Counted from the stretch's first letter, positions 25,008 to 38,580 are shown. The stretch: DNA of 64,000 nucleotides from Eledone cirrhosa (GCA_964016885.1 OZ024740.1:359104001-359168000); one strand, 5' to 3'. The notes: generated by a model not told the origin, from the sequence alone. A program made the numbers and translations.

Positions 25008-25200
25008 TAACGAAGGAAATGTGGTAAGGAACCAGGTGGACCATAACGCACCAAAGTACTCAATACTTGAGGTAGTAGAGTGGGTAATAGGAACCAGTAA
25101 GACCCCGACAGCTGAGCTCAAGCCGTTTCGACGGCTAATTCTGGACTGAATTAGCCGTCGAAACGGCTTGAGCTCAGCTGTCGGGGTCTTACTGGTTCCT
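25008..25200. mobile_element. Half-hammerhead fold-back element, complete palindromic copy in (TA)n
   Basis: Long arm 25008-25141, loop TGGACT, short inverted arm 25148-25200; (TA)n on both sides. Confidence 0.85.
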
Positions 25201-25313
25201 ATATATATATATATACATATATGTGTGTGGGGGGGGGGGGGGTTCAATCGGGGGTAACCAGAGTATGTAAGGTACTCAATACATAGCAGAGTATAAATAT
25301 TTAATATAGAAAT

Positions 25314-25365
25314 GGCTTCTATAGGACTAGAACTGTTTCATTCGAAGGAAATCATCAGGAAAGCC
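25314..25365 (-). ncRNA. Hammerhead ribozyme motif (type I, Penelope-type)
   Basis: GGCTTTC CTGATGA TTTCCTTCGAAT GAAAC AGTTCTA GTC CTATAGAAGCC. Core intact; stem I pairs only distally. Confidence 0.6.
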
Positions 25366-25683
25366 GACTGTCAATGTGATATGGTGGTATTTATACATTT
25401 TCTGGTAGTAGGGAAGGTATGGATTGGGGTGAGTTGAGGTCATTTGCTGATGAATTTAAAGAATGGGGAATCTTTGAAAAATCTATATTTAGAGAAAAAT
25501 GCATAGTGATACATGATACAAATGCAAGCACTCCTAATTTTCAAGGTTCATTTATTCTAAGCAAACAAAGGGTTTTCATTAAGTGGTTGTATCAACATGC
25601 TCTGTTAAAGGATGGTGAGGTCTACAAAAATGATCAGGTGTCTACAATCACACACACACGAGCGCGCACACACATACACATAT

Positions 25684-25808
25684 GTCGAAACGGCTTGAGC
25701 TCTGCCGTCGGGGTTAAACTTTTTCCTGTTACCCACTCTACTATCCTAAGTATTGAGTACTCAGCTGCGTTATGGTCCATCTGGTTCCTTACCACACCTC
25801 CTTCGTTA
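25684..25808 (+). mobile_element. Half-hammerhead element, long arm only
   Basis: GTCGAAACGGCTTGAGCTCTGCCGTCGGGG...CCTTCGTTA followed by (TA)n. Confidence 0.8.
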
Positions 25809-25961
25809 TATATATATATAAAAGCAGAAGGGATATACAATTTGTTGGTAATTCAACAAATATAAATATTTATAACTGATTCAGAGCACTCGACAAGATT
25901 TCTGGAGTATAATATTCAATGATATTAAATGAATGGAAACTGTATTTATAAAACCATATTT

Positions 25962-26020
25962 ATACTATTATATATATTTCAAGGGTACCAAAATTTTGGT
26001 ACGCTATCATCAGATAAAAT
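25962..26020 (-). ncRNA. Hammerhead ribozyme motif (type I)
   Basis: ATTTTAT CTGATGA TAGCGTACCAAAATTTTGGTACCCTT GAAAT ATAT ATA ATAGTAT. Flanks can extend stem I (TATTTATAAAAC/GTTTTATAAATA). Confidence 0.7.
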
Positions 26021-26269
26021 ACATAATGTTTTATAAATATTTTACATAACCAAGGATAATATACCTTAACAGTTCAAGTTATCCCTCCTCTCTCTCTCTA
26101 TATATATATATCTATATATATAAGGATTAAAATACTGGAGCGTGTTTGGAGTTAAACACCCTCTTCGTATTATAGAAATGACAGTAAAAGGTATAGCTCA
26201 ATGTAATTAAACAGAGCCGATGAATTATGAAAGTAAAACAAAGAAGCCTTCAATACATCAAAAGTCTTT

Positions 26270-26314
26270 ATTAGCCAACAATGTTTCGTCCTATTAAGGA
26301 CTCATCAGGGCAAT
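26270..26314 (-). ncRNA. Minimal hammerhead ribozyme in the 3' pseudo-LTR
   Basis: ATTGCC CTGATGA GTCCT-TAAT-AGGAC GAAAC ATT GTT GGCTAAT. Confidence 0.8.
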
Positions 26315-27286
26315 TAAAACAACAAGAAGTATTATCGGCCAATACAAGCCGAAAACTCCGAAGAATATGGAGTGTACATACACTAAAGTATTGCAAGATT
26401 ATGGGTAAAAATATATAATAGAAATATATAATAAAAATCACTAAGGAGGTGTATAACATTTAGAACCATATTACAAATATAGTCCAAAGCAAAAAAAAAC
26501 TAGAGCTAAACAAAGGTGGTTATATAGAGCGGGAATTATATATAATACCATATAATATAATATAATATACTTGTAACAATATTAAAATTACAATAAAAAT
26601 TAAAAGGTACAATATACATATGTATATATGTACGCACACGTACGCACATATACACATACATCAATACACATATCCATCTTCAACAGCACAAATTAAACCT
26701 TATTAAGAGTTTAAATATAAATAAGCATGATAGGAATAAAAATAAAAATAATAATAATAATACGTATATCTAATATACATGAGGTAATAATATGATATGA
26801 TTATAAGCAGCACATATAATATATAATAAACTATACAATTATATACCATATAATATAATATAATAGATAATCACCGGTTAATTTACACAAACAATATAGA
26901 TGTCACAATAATACTATAATAATAATATAATAACATATATAATACATAACATATAATGGCATGCAAGTTAACAAATCAATTCATATAGAGTTACAGAGTA
27001 GGTGAGAAAAAATATAAATTGTACAATACCCAAAATTATGATGGTACAAAAATATAAACCTCTTACATGATATATAAAGTTCAACATATCATAATGGTAC
27101 AATATAATCAACGGTAAGTAATAAGGATCGATAGTACAATAACAAATATAATATAAAATAAAATAAAATAAAATAATTAACATAATATAATATATAATTA
27201 CTTATAATTACAAGGTTGGTAAACAGACATATATGTGGATGAGTGAGTAAGGGCCAGACAGTAAATAGAATGCACAGTAGTATTAA

Positions 27287-27317
<31 letters not shown>

Positions 27318-28049
27318 ATAGAATCAACCGGAAATTAAAAAAACAAGAACAAAAGTATATACTTAGGTCTCACATACAGTTAAGTAAAAACTTAGGAAAC
27401 AACCCCGGTAAATGACTCGAAAACCCTATTTGATAAATTAATATTAAAAATATTTATAATATCTAATAAGGCAATACAATATTAGCTATGGTTTAAGTAA
27501 TCAAAATTTATAAACGTTAGTATTTAACTACAAATATATATATAAGGAATGAAATTTTCTACTATCATTTACATAACGATATCTAAAAAAACTGACCTAA
27601 GCAGAATTATGGTAGGCTAATAGGGACAGAAAAAAGAAATGTATGGAGGATACAAAGGAGCATAAAATCAGTCAATATACTATATTAAATAATAGAAAGG
27701 AGCGTGAAAGGGGGGGATTAAATATAATCATAATCTATTTTAAGGGGTTGACAATAAGTTTATGTACGCATGGGGGGAGGGGGGGGGGGTTATCCAAAGA
27801 AGAATCCAAGTAAAATAAAATAAAATAAAATGAAATAAAATAAAATAATGTAAAATATATAATCAGATATATACTCATAAGATGTTAATAGTGAAAATTT
27901 AATGCGTAAGGAGATAGATATGGTATAGTAGCCAAAAGATTATGAGAGCTAGAATAAAGAGTTGTCAAAAACCAATGATAATAATGATGATAATAATGGT
28001 GGTAAACAAAAAGAACCTAAACTAAAAAATAAGTAATGGAATATATCAG

Positions 28050-30400
28050 CTAATGGATACAATTTATACTACTAGAACCTTTAGGTTTATAATAAAAGTA
28101 AGAATGAGAAATAGCGTGGGGGCAAGAAGAACATATCTCAGACTTTCTATTAAGTAAGGTTTCGCTAGAGAAAATTATAGAGTGTGTCTCGAGGATACAG
28201 AGATTACAAAATTTAGTATGTGTAGAAAGGTTATTAGAGCGTGCTACTAAACGCCAATTAAGGCTATATGGTATATTAGCCCCCTTAAGATCCCAGATAT
28301 AGTGTGCTAAAGAAGTAGAATTCTTAAACTTAACATTTTTGAAATTAGAGATATGAGAATTAAACCTAGTCTTAAAAGTGTTAGATGTAGAGCCTATATA
28401 AGTTCTATTAGAGGAATTAGTTGTAACTACGCAAGCATAGACGATGTTCTTAGAGAGGCAGTTACCGTTTAAAGGGCAGTTAGCACTCACTCTACAGTTA
28501 CACTTCCGGGTGCTATTGGTTGGCTGAAGTAGTGATGCATGACACGTAGGATTGCTATTAGATAAGGTCTGTTCTGGTGGTAAGGCATTTCCAGATTTGT
28601 TCAGACTAGTAGTATGTAGAGAGGAGAATCCATCCCTAATTTTCCTATTGTTAGTGCTAGCTAAATGAGAACTAATATTAGGGGTGGTAGAGAATGAAAG
28701 TCTAATAACATTTTTATTAAAAATACTATGGTATTTATGAGAAGGGGGGAAATTTTTCTCTAAGATAGAAAAGAAAGACCTAGGGATATTAGTTAATACT
28801 TCCTGATTATATGGCGGGTTAAAATAAGTATTTAGTCTCCTTCTATTTTTATCCTTACCGATTCTACCATTATCTAATATCCCACCATTAAGACTAGGGT
28901 TACTACAAGGATTAGTTAAAACCTTATTAGAATCAGCCAAAATTCCATTAAGTCTCTTACTGTTTCTACCTCCAGTAGATCTGCTGTCGTCTGGAATCCC
29001 ATCAAAAGGATTAGGGCCAATAATAGGATCAGTAGAAGCAACATTATTAGAATTAGATCTAGCAAAATTATCACCAATGAGTGAGCGCTCAGAGGGTTCG
29101 ACTTGTTTCCTAGAGGTATTATATTCCCTATTACGAGTCCCGTGGGTTAACTTATGGATGGGTTCAGATACACCTATGTAATTTTTACGGTTATTATGCT
29201 TCCTACTCCCATTCATAGCCATGTTATGTGATATTATGTTATTATTATTATAAGTAAGCGGAGACTTTCTAAGGTTACTATTATTATAATGTATTTTACT
29301 AGAGTAACTGGAATTTGCTAGGGCATTATTATAGTACTCCGCATGTTCATTAAATGTTCCTACGTCCTTAGAGAGTGTGGAAATCCTATTAGATACACCC
29401 TTAATTATAGAGCTTATCATAGATTTGGGGTGGTTAGAATTGGGACTAACATAAGAAAGTATTTCATTAGGCTTATGGAAGGGTTTAAAACTATTAGTGA
29501 CCAAGTCCAAAGTCACATCTAAAAAGTTGACCGCTCTATCGTTTCTATCTATCGTGATCGAAAGGTTATAGCTTTTAAAAAACTTATAAAGCTTCTTCTT
29601 ATTATGCTCGAGTTGGTGCTAGAGTTAATTACAAACAATGCATCATCACGATATAGTCTGCCTTTAAGGTGCGGAAAGGTAACATATAGTTCATTTAGGA
29701 GGAACAACCCAACAAGATCAGTTACCTGGGCCGAATCACTCGAACCCATTGTAACGTCGAAATTGTTGGGCGTGTTTTTACGGGTCCAAAATGTGTCCTC
29801 AAATTTAATAATAGTTCTACGGGCTGCTAGTATAATATCTACCTGTGATCGTGTAAGGCTGGACACTCTCATGGCCAACATTAAAGCTTTATTGAGGAGG
29901 ATGGGTGAAATCGATGTGTAGTAGGCATCAATATCGAATTGGATAAACTTATTAGATTCAAGTTTATTAATCCCAGAGAACCAATCTATAACTTCCTTAG
30001 TGTTCCCCCATAGGTTAAAATTAACTTTATCCCTAACATCTGGTATAATAAGGTCAAGGATTTTTTTACTGATTATGGCTATATCGGACTTAGAAGGACA
30101 GATGAGTCTAACAGAGGGGTTACTAATAAAATCTACCTTATGATCCTTAAGAGTGAATCTCGGTTCTCGAGGGTAATATGGCTGGGTATACTTATCGAGG
30201 CCGAGGTCAGAGACAATTTTAAGACCCTCACTATTGATGTGGTTCAAGTTATGAAGCGTAGTTTTTTTATAATTTCTATGTAGCTCCTTATAAATAAAGT
30301 CACGGTAAGCACTGTAATGGAGTATAGATTCTTAGTCTTATCCGCCGGGACAAGAATGGACTTATTCTCACCAAAACCCTTAACAATATTTTTAAGTCTA
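28050..30400 (-). pseudogene. Penelope RT plus GIY-YIG endonuclease (frameshifted)
   Basis: LVPADKTKNLY, FIQFDIDAYYTSI, FDVTMGSSDSA, LYRDDAL; CNCRVSANCPLNGNC; NIVY...YIGSTSNTFKTRFNSH; CNLCILE. Confidence 0.92.
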
Positions 30401-30630
30401 GACTGGAACTTATCAAATTTATTATAATTTCTATGTCTATTATTTGGCCTATACTTAATATTTTTGACAAGAGAGAGTAAGTCACTTTCAAAACTATCTA
30501 ATAGAATATTATGTGGTGGGCTCTTATAAGTTTTGAAGCCATAGTTATTAAAATTTGTTCTATTCCTGGGGTCCTTCCTATTCTTATTATTATCGGCTTG
30601 TATTGGCCGATAATACTTCTTGTTGTTTTA

Positions 30631-30675
30631 ATTGCCCTGATGAGTCCTTAATAGGACGAAACATTGTTGGCTAAT
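30631..30675 (+). ncRNA. Minimal hammerhead ribozyme in the inverted pseudo-LTR
   Basis: Exact reverse complement of 26270-26314; CTGATGA at 30637-30643 and GAAAC at 30658-30662. Confidence 0.8.
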
Positions 30676-30724
30676 AAAGACTTTTGATGTATTGAAGGCT
30701 TCTTTGTTTTACTTTCATAATATC

Positions 30725-30817
<93 letters not shown>

Positions 30818-30819
30818 TA

Positions 30820-32090
30820 TGCAGGAAACATTCTGTCATGACTTCGCTACCGATCTTAATCACAACTGTAAAAGTGACCTAGACGACTGCTTCATCTTTT
30901 CTGGAATAGAAGCCAAGAAGACCTGCAAAGATTCCATTCCATCATAAACAGTCTTCACGAAGCAATAAAATTTACCATGGAATGTAATCAATAGAAACTA
31001 CCGCTTCTGAATATCCTTATCATTAAAGAAAATATCAAAACAGACCTATTTTACAAACCAACAGACACACACCAATACTTGAATTTCCGATCAGTACACA
31101 CCTCACATACCAAACGGAACATTCCCTTTAACATGGCAATACGCATTTGCACCATAGTAACACACCCCACTTTACAGGAAAAAAGATTGTATGAACTAAA
31201 AGTGTTCCTTAAAAGACAATAATATCCGGCGAACCTCATCAACACAGCCATCTCCAAGGCCCAGAACATCCCAGTGACAACACTGAGAAAAACAAACCAA
31301 CATAATAAAAAGGGAAAAAGATATCCCTTTTGTCATCACTCACAATCTAAGGAACTTCAACATTGTGAAAGCCGCTAAACAGTATCTCCCGATTCTCCAG
31401 CAGCCCCCTAAAATGAATGCACTCGTAAAAGACTTACAAATAATATATAGTAGACGCCAAGCACCCAGCCTAAAAAAACTGCTTACCAAGGCAAAATTTA
31501 CGACTGATAATGAAACAATGCAAGTTAAGAAATGCGGGGACTCTCGATGCGGAACTTGTGAATACATTGAAGAGGATGGGAAAATCTCCTTTAAAAACAA
31601 TGATATTTTCAAAGTTAATGAATTGCAAAACCAAAGACATAATTTACTGTGCAACCTGCCCACAATGTAAAAAATACTACATTGGTGAAACCGGAACGGG
31701 TCTACATGACAGAGTTCGTGTACATAAACAACAAATTAGAGACCCCTCTGTCAGAAACACAACATGCAGTGAACACTTCGCATCATGCGGAAAGGGAAAA
31801 TTCACAATCTTCCCCTTCTTTAAGATATGGTCGGACAACGAACATTTCCGGAAACATAAAGAAGTATTCTTCATTAGAAAGTACAAACCGCTGCTGAACA
31901 CAAAAAATGATATTCCATCTTCAAATAACAGGATTCTCCCCACTTTCTCCTTTAATTTTTTTTTTTTTATCGCATATTGAAAAAAGAGAAATATCCAAAT
32001 AGAGGTTGACACCCGCACTTTCAAACATTCGGTCGTTGAAGAGGTACTCTACGATTTCATTAATTCCCCCTTCCCATCCCAATATATATG
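30820..32090 (+). mobile_element. Penelope-like element fragment (Neptune-like), end of RT plus GIY-YIG
   Basis: FYKPTDTHQYLNF.S.H, KCGDSRCGTC, IIYCATCPQCKKYYIGETG..L..RV..H; frameshifted. Confidence 0.85.
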
Positions 32091-32306
32091 TGAACTTTAA
32101 TACTTGAGTTGATGTGTATGTATGTATATATATGTATGTCTAGGTGCACAGGTATGTGTATGCATGTGTGCGTATGTATGTGTGCATGTATGTGTGTATC
32201 TGACTCGACATATATATATATACATGTAAATATATATATATATATAAGTTGAAATAAAATGAAAACGAAATTTTATTTCTCACTCTTAGTATACACACAT
32301 ACTTAC

Positions 32307-32351
<45 letters not shown>

Positions 32352-32356
<5 letters not shown>

Positions 32357-32471
32357 AAGATGAATATGAAATGAAAGTGCTTTTATAAAGGAATTTATTG
32401 AGTAAACCTACACGTACGCTGTTCATCTCTAACGTGACGATATATTATCACTACATTATTGATAACCTGAA

Positions 32472-32478
<7 letters not shown>
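32352..32478 (-). mobile_element. Short (TA)n-flanked element sharing the 3' end of the 55.9-58.3 kb Penelope element
   Basis: Ends AATAAATTCCTTT...AAAAGCACTTTCATTTCATATTCATC. Its 5' part recurs at 55808-55885 on the + strand. Confidence 0.7.
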
Positions 32479-32557
<79 letters not shown>

Positions 32558-32571
32558 ATATATATATATAT

Positions 32572-34230
32572 GTCGAGTCAGATCCCTGGAACGGGGCCGA
32601 GGAAATGGCTAGACCATTTTAGGACCCTATTTTTAGAGCCACCCTCCACAGCCCAGAGTACTGGTTAGATCTGGCGGGTGTTTGAGGAACTGGATATTGA
32701 GACAGAGCCCTTCACCAGAGAGGAGCTTCAGAGAGCCAAGAAGAGGATCAAGGAGGGCAAGGTTCATGGAGAAAATGGAATGGCATCAGAGGTGATGAAG
32801 AGGTGTGATTTTGATGATATCATCCTGGGGTTCTGTAACCGGGCACTGGAGAAAGGAGTTGCCCTGAATCAGTGGAAGATCAGGAACATCGTCCCAGTGC
32901 CAAAGAAGGGAGATCTCTCTAACACCAACAACTACAGGGGGGATCTCACTGACGTCACTTATGGCAAAGACCCTCAACAGGATGATTCTTAACAGGATTC
33001 AGCCTGAGATGGAGAAGAAGCTCAGGGACAACCAGAACGGCTTCAGAGAGGGAAGATCAACCACCAGTCACATCCTGATGCTGAGGGGGATATTAGAGGG
33101 AGCTAGAGCAAAGTCCCTTCCTGCGGTCATGGTTTTCATTGACTTTAGGAAGGCCTTTGATTCTGTGGACCGTCACAGCCTGAAGATCTTACAGGCTGAT
33201 GGAACCCCCAAGAAGATAGTGGACCTGATATCACTGTTCGACACCAACACCAAAGCCCAAGTCATTACACCTGATGGGATGACACAGTTCTTTGAGATAT
33301 TTGCTGGAGTGCTCCAGGGAGATACATTGGCTCCCTACCTTTTTATCATCGTAGTGGACTATTGTAAGCGCCTTGCACTGGAGAAACACCAGGACTCTGG
33401 CTTTACTGTAACACCGGCTCAGAGCAGGAGAGTTAAGGCGAATACGGTATCGGATGCTGAATTTGCCGACGACATAGTTTTGGTGACAAATACAGTGAAG
33501 GAGGCAGAGGATTTGTTGCGGGAGGTTGAGACTGTGTCGATGAGTTGGGGGCTGAGAATGAATGAGACTAAAACAAAATATCTGGTAAAGAATGTTGAGA
33601 AGCCAGACGGGATCACTAATGTAAGCGAGAAGCCGCTAGAATTGGTTTAGGGCTTCCTGTATTTGGGAGCAAATATTGGGAATACGGAAGATGATGTGGT
33701 TGAGAGGAAGAGCAACGCCTGGGCGACGTGCCACAGCTTGAGATCGGTGTGGAAGTCGGACCTTCGTAAAGACCTGAAAATCCGCCTCTTCGTTGCTATA
33801 GTGGAGCCTGTGCTGCTGTACGGGTCTGAGACTTGGACACTGACCAAGAAACTCACTCAGATGGTGGATGGGTGCTACACGAGAATGCTGAGGATGGCTC
33901 TGAACATTAATCAGTATACATTGAGGATGAAAAACTCAGAGCTGTATGGGAGCATCCCAAAAGTCAGGTCAAAAGTGACACAGAGGAGACTGAGGTTAGC
34001 TGGACATGCTCACCGACATCCAGAGATGACATTGCACTCAGTGCTCCTGTGGGAGCCCCTACATGGACACACTGGAAGAGGAAGACCACGGTTAACGTAT
34101 GTTGATGCCCTAAGGACAGACACTGGTCTGTTGGAGACGCAGGACATGGCAGCGATAATGAGGGACAGAGACCGCTGGAGAGAACTCGTCCATGGATCTC
34201 GGGAATTATACCCGCCCTAGATAGATAGAT
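32572..34230 (+). mobile_element. RTE-type LINE, 5'-truncated, (TAGA)n tail
   Basis: IVPVPKKGDLS, FIDFRKAFDSVD, GVLQGDTLAPYLF, EFADDIVL, LLYGSETWTLT, RLRLAGH, GRGRPRLTY. One frameshift and one stop. Confidence 0.9.
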
Positions 34231-34602
34231 ATATATATGTGCATATATGTGTAGATATAGGTACGTGTGTGTGTATGTATATGTGTGTGTGTGTGTATAT
34301 ATATGTATGTGTGTGTTTGTGTGTATGCATATTTATATAGGCCGTATATATGTTTACATGTAGGGAAATAAATATGTGAGTTAGCAACCCCCACCCACTT
34401 ACCCTCCCAAACCAATATCAACAACATACATTTCTGACAAATATTCCAAAACTATCCTTATTTTTCTATTTGCTGTAATCCTATTTTATCAAAAGACATG
34501 TATCTTACACCTCATTAACCCCACCACCATCACCCCTAGACGCCCCCCTCCCACCCAATTCATCTGTAATATATATATTTATCTTTTATATATATATAAA
34601 TA

Positions 34603-34819
34603 TAACGAAGGTAGTGTGGTAAGGAACCAGGTGGACCAAAATGCAGCAGAGTACTCAATACTTAGGGTAGTAGAGCGGGTAATAGGAAAATATTCAAGAC
34701 CCTGACGGCAGAGCTCAAGCCGTTTCGACGGCTATTTATGGTCCAGAAACACACACACATATATATATATGTGTGTGTGCGTGTGTGTGTGTATATGTGT
34801 GTATATGTACATGTTTATG

Positions 34820-34853
<34 letters not shown>

Positions 34854-34897
34854 ACGGCTTGAGCTCTGCCGTCGGGGTCATACTTTCTCTTATTTTT

Positions 34898-34900
<3 letters not shown>
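34603..34900. mobile_element. Half-hammerhead fold-back element with microsatellite in the loop
   Basis: Long arm 34603-34746, (CA)/(TG)/(TA) block, short inverted arm 34853-34900. Confidence 0.8.
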
Positions 34901-34936
<36 letters not shown>

Positions 34937-34939
<3 letters not shown>

Positions 34940-35120
34940 AAAAATAGGAAAAAGTATGACCTCCGACGGCAGAGCTCAAGCCGTTTCAACGGCTTTGTCT
35001 TAGAATAGCCGTCGAAACGTCTTGAGCTCTGCCGTCGGGGTCATACTTTTTACTATTATCCTAAGTATTGAGTACTCTGGTGCGTTATGGTCCATCTGGT
35101 TCCTTACCACAATTCCTTCG
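34937..35120. mobile_element. Half-hammerhead fold-back element, palindromic copy in the opposite orientation
   Basis: Short arm, loop near 34995-35006, then long arm ending TTCCTTCGTA; follows (TA)n. Confidence 0.82.
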
Positions 35121-35164
35121 TATGTGTATATATGTATGTGTATATGCAGAGGCACTAAAAATGT

Positions 35165-35500
35165 CTTCATTGGGAAATTATAAGTGAGACACTTTTAACT
35201 AGATTATCAGTAATACTTTGCGGGTGGTTCTAACTAACATCTATGTATCTAAGAGATTCGTTAGATTTGTGGTATGGGTAATAGAAGGAAGTGTCTAAAT
35301 CTAAAGTGACATCTAGTCATATATGATTCAATGGTGATTTAAAAGCCTAGATTACGGAAGGAAGAGTATAAGTTTTTCCGAAACCCATCAATGGTTCTGG
35401 GATTTACCTTGTGCAAAGCAAAAAGGCCATCATCGTGCTATAATCCTCCTGTCAGGTTTGCGAAATTATTCTTCCGGTGTTATAGGGTATACCACCTGAG
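35165..35500 (-). mobile_element. Penelope RT fragment
   Basis: Minus-strand translation gives DDGLFAL and LDVTLDLDTSFYYPYHKSNESLRYIDVS*NHPQSI, homologous to the RT near 29.4-29.6 kb. Confidence 0.75.
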
Positions 35501-36149
35501 TTCGATACATTCATTATAAAACAAAGCATGGAGGTTGCTATAATACTCTAAAACTGTTTAAGGTGGTGCTTCAGAATGATGACAGTCAAATGTTGTAACT
35601 AAGAGAGCATTGATATATCAACATGAGCTTCGAAGGTTAAAATAATAGCCACTGGGGGTTTTTTGTTGCTTAGGCTCGGCTAAACTCCAATTTATCGAAC
35701 TTATGACTGAAGCCATTCACATATTGTTTATCCAGTGGACTATATTTCCCATTATGTAGTTTTTTTTTTCATAGACGATATGGTGTAATCTAGACGAATA
35801 TTTAGTTGTTATTCCAGGCTGCCCAAACATTCTACCTTCCTTTTGAACATAGTGTAGCTAGAATTGTATAATTCAAAATGTCCTCTCTATATGAGATAGG
35901 GCAAGTTTTTAAAGTAAACTTCTCCATTATTTCCAACAGGTCGAATCACTCGCCGAAGCTCTTTCTTTGAATTGAAAAATATTACCATCATCCTGAAATT
36001 CATTTAATCAATTACGCTCCCTCCCAACAAAATTAGGTTCTTGTATCCATTCAACAGAAAAAAATATGCTAAATTAAACAGCACAGCACCAATGCGTATG
36101 GAAATTGTGCACGTTCGTATGTTTAAAAACATATTCGTATTTTTGAAAG

Positions 36150-37148
36150 ATATCGATAGACATAGAACTCGGATATCCCCAAGTTTAATTTATTTATCTA
36201 ACAATAGCCATTGTGTAGAAACATCGTCGAATTTTGCTTTAAGTAATTCCGCTGAATGCAACAGAAAATCGATACAGTATAACAGGTTACTTTTACTAAA
36301 ATTATATTCATGGAATATTTTCATAGAAACATCAGTGAATTTTATTTATGTTTTCATTTGTTGTAAATTTTAACGGAAATGTTATTACAACAATACTACC
36401 GTGAAACTGCTAGTAGTTCCTCTGTATATTTTTATTGATTATTAAACATTTCCCCTTACCATTCCATCGTACAGTTTTTCGCTCTATTCTTTATTAGTGC
36501 GTGATTATTTAAATGTGTTATTTCAATAGATTACCAGTACTGCTTAAATTTCACTTATTAGACAATTCGTCGTTCTCTTCATTCTATTAATTGCAATAGT
36601 TAAATAAAAACTAGTGGATAAATTTCTCGTAAATAATCTGAAATTTTGTGTCTCTCTGAAGTGACTCAGTTATGTGAGTGGAATATAAATGTTTTTATTA
36701 TCTTCATCACTATGAAATAAATATATAAGTAAAAATCTATAATTAAGCTTTATATATTTTAAACTGCGTCTGTACAAAAACATTATAAAGCTAGGTCCAA
36801 GTTAAAATCTCATCACACAGAATTTTGGGTAAGTCTGTTTTACTGTAGTGAACGGTGGAATGGGTGGAATCTGGTAGCTGGATTCCACCCTTTCCACCGC
36901 TGTGGAAGATATTTAAAAATATATCTATAAACATAGAACTAGGATACTCCCAGGTTTAATTTATTTGCCTACCGATTTTCAATATGTAGAAATATCGGCG
37001 AATTGGGCTTTTAGCAATTCCACTGAATGCCAAAGAAAATCGATACAATATAACAGGTCACTTTTCTTTTAAATTATATTCATGAAATATTTTCATAGAA
37101 ATATCATTGGGTTTTATTTATGTTTTCAACTGCTGTATTTTTTAACGG
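36150..37148. repeat. Diverged ~230-bp direct repeat (about 36150-36376 and 36915-37148)
   Basis: Shared CATAGAACT.GGATA..CC.A.GTTTAATTTATTT, CTGAATGC...AGAAAATCGATACA.TATAACAGGT and AAATTATATTCATG.AATATTTTCATAGAAA. Confidence 0.75.
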
Positions 37149-37199
37149 GTAACTTGTAAAAAGATAGACAGTAAAGCGTCTTTGGAAGTTCTTCAACTG

Positions 37200-37449
37200 T
37201 AGTCCGAGGGAGAGAGACTCCATCAGAGAAACAAGTGTCGGACGTGGAAACTATCAAGAAGGCCGTAACGACTCAAGTGCGGAAAATCCTAAGTGAATCC
37301 TTCCAGGAGTGTATGTAGGCGTTGTGGAGAGAGATGGGAAAGTGCGTTAGAATCGAGAACAATTATTTTTAAAGGGAAAAACTTGTAGTTTGGATTGGAA
37401 AATTTCTTCTGTGACTCCAGTCCTGTTTTATTTTCTAACACACCTCGTA
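37200..37449 (+). mobile_element. Mariner transposon 3' fragment with terminal inverted repeat
   Basis: DVETIKKAVTTQVRKILSESFQECM...RMGKCVRIENNYF, ending TTTTCTAACACACCTCG then TA. Confidence 0.7.
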
Positions 37450-37684
37450 AACAGTCCATTTTAGAAACTTTGAGTGTTAGGAAGTTCGAGAATTTGAAAC
37501 AAGCACCAAGTTTGATATATAAAACCTGAATACGGACAAGATTTTGTGCAGCGGTGCTGCTTATTTCAGATTTTCAAACACGTGCACACACACACACACT
37601 TATATATATATGAATGTATGTATAGTATATTTGGCAATATACCGTATGTTTAATTAAAAACATTTTGAAGACCATACGCTATCG

Positions 37685-37721
<37 letters not shown>

Positions 37722-37743
37722 TTGTTTGTGTGTGTGTGTATAC

Positions 37744-37912
<169 letters not shown>

Positions 37913-38024
37913 ATATATATACATTAAAAACAACACAGTTTTAATTTTGCCGAAACGCTATACGTATTTCAATGGCTCAGTTTCATCATTCAATCAAGAT
38001 GCAAGACTTAAGCGATTTCATCAT

Positions 38025-38580
38025 GTCTTCTTCTTCTTCTTCTTCTTCTTCTTCTTCTTCTTCTTCTTCTTCTTCTTCTTCTTCTTCTTCTTCTTCTTCG
38101 TCTTCGTCTTCTTCTTTACTCACTTATGTCTGAGAGGGTCATGTGGGAAGAGTCCTCAAACACTCCTTCCAGCGGGTCCTAACAGCAGCAACCGTCTCCA
38201 ACTGATCCAGCTGGTTCCCCAAGCAATACAAGCCAAGGTCATAGATATTATCCAACCATCTTGCTCGTGGTCTACCCTCGGATCTCATACTGGTTGGTTT
38301 TGCCCGTAAAACCTGTCAAGCGATTCTTACATAAGACCACAGGCCCATAATATCGCAGCTGGGATCTCTCAATTCGGAGAGGTAGTGGATATACCTGCAA
38401 TGACTCTCTGATCTTCGAACTACGCACTCTGTCGAGTAACGTTATTCCACACACCCTTCTGAGGAAGTCTATTTCGGCGCTTGTATTCGCGATCGTATTC
38501 TTTTGGTCATTAATCAAGTTTCATGGCCATAGGTAAGGGTTTGCACGAATACCGAATTGAAGATAGTGACTTTGACTTTT
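38025..38580 (-). mobile_element. RTE LINE 3' fragment with long (GAA)n tail
   Basis: AEIDFLRRVCGITLLDRVRSSKIRESLQV...IERSQLRYYG; (TTC)n at about 38026-38115 on the + strand. Confidence 0.8.

Larger units (their letters stand above)
26123..30721 (-). mobile_element. Penelope-like retroelement (probably Naiad clade) with inverted 5' pseudo-LTR
   Basis: RT and GIY-YIG ORF remnants. 129-bp inverted repeat 26224-26352 / 30593-30721, a ~100-bp tail at the 3' end only, and (TA)n at both flanks. Confidence 0.92.

Noticed and set aside
25448-25490. CTGATGA...GAAA on the + strand
   Set aside because: No convincing stem I or cleavage triplet; likely a chance match.
28050-28520. Selenocysteine recoding, reported for some Naiad-clade elements
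   Set aside because: The Cys positions here and at 56.7-57.0 kb are ordinary Cys codons in open frames, with no in-frame TGA at those sites.
32036-32062. TTGAAGAGGTACTCTACGA after the Neptune-like ORF as a hammerhead
   Set aside because: Both core boxes are altered; too degenerate to call.
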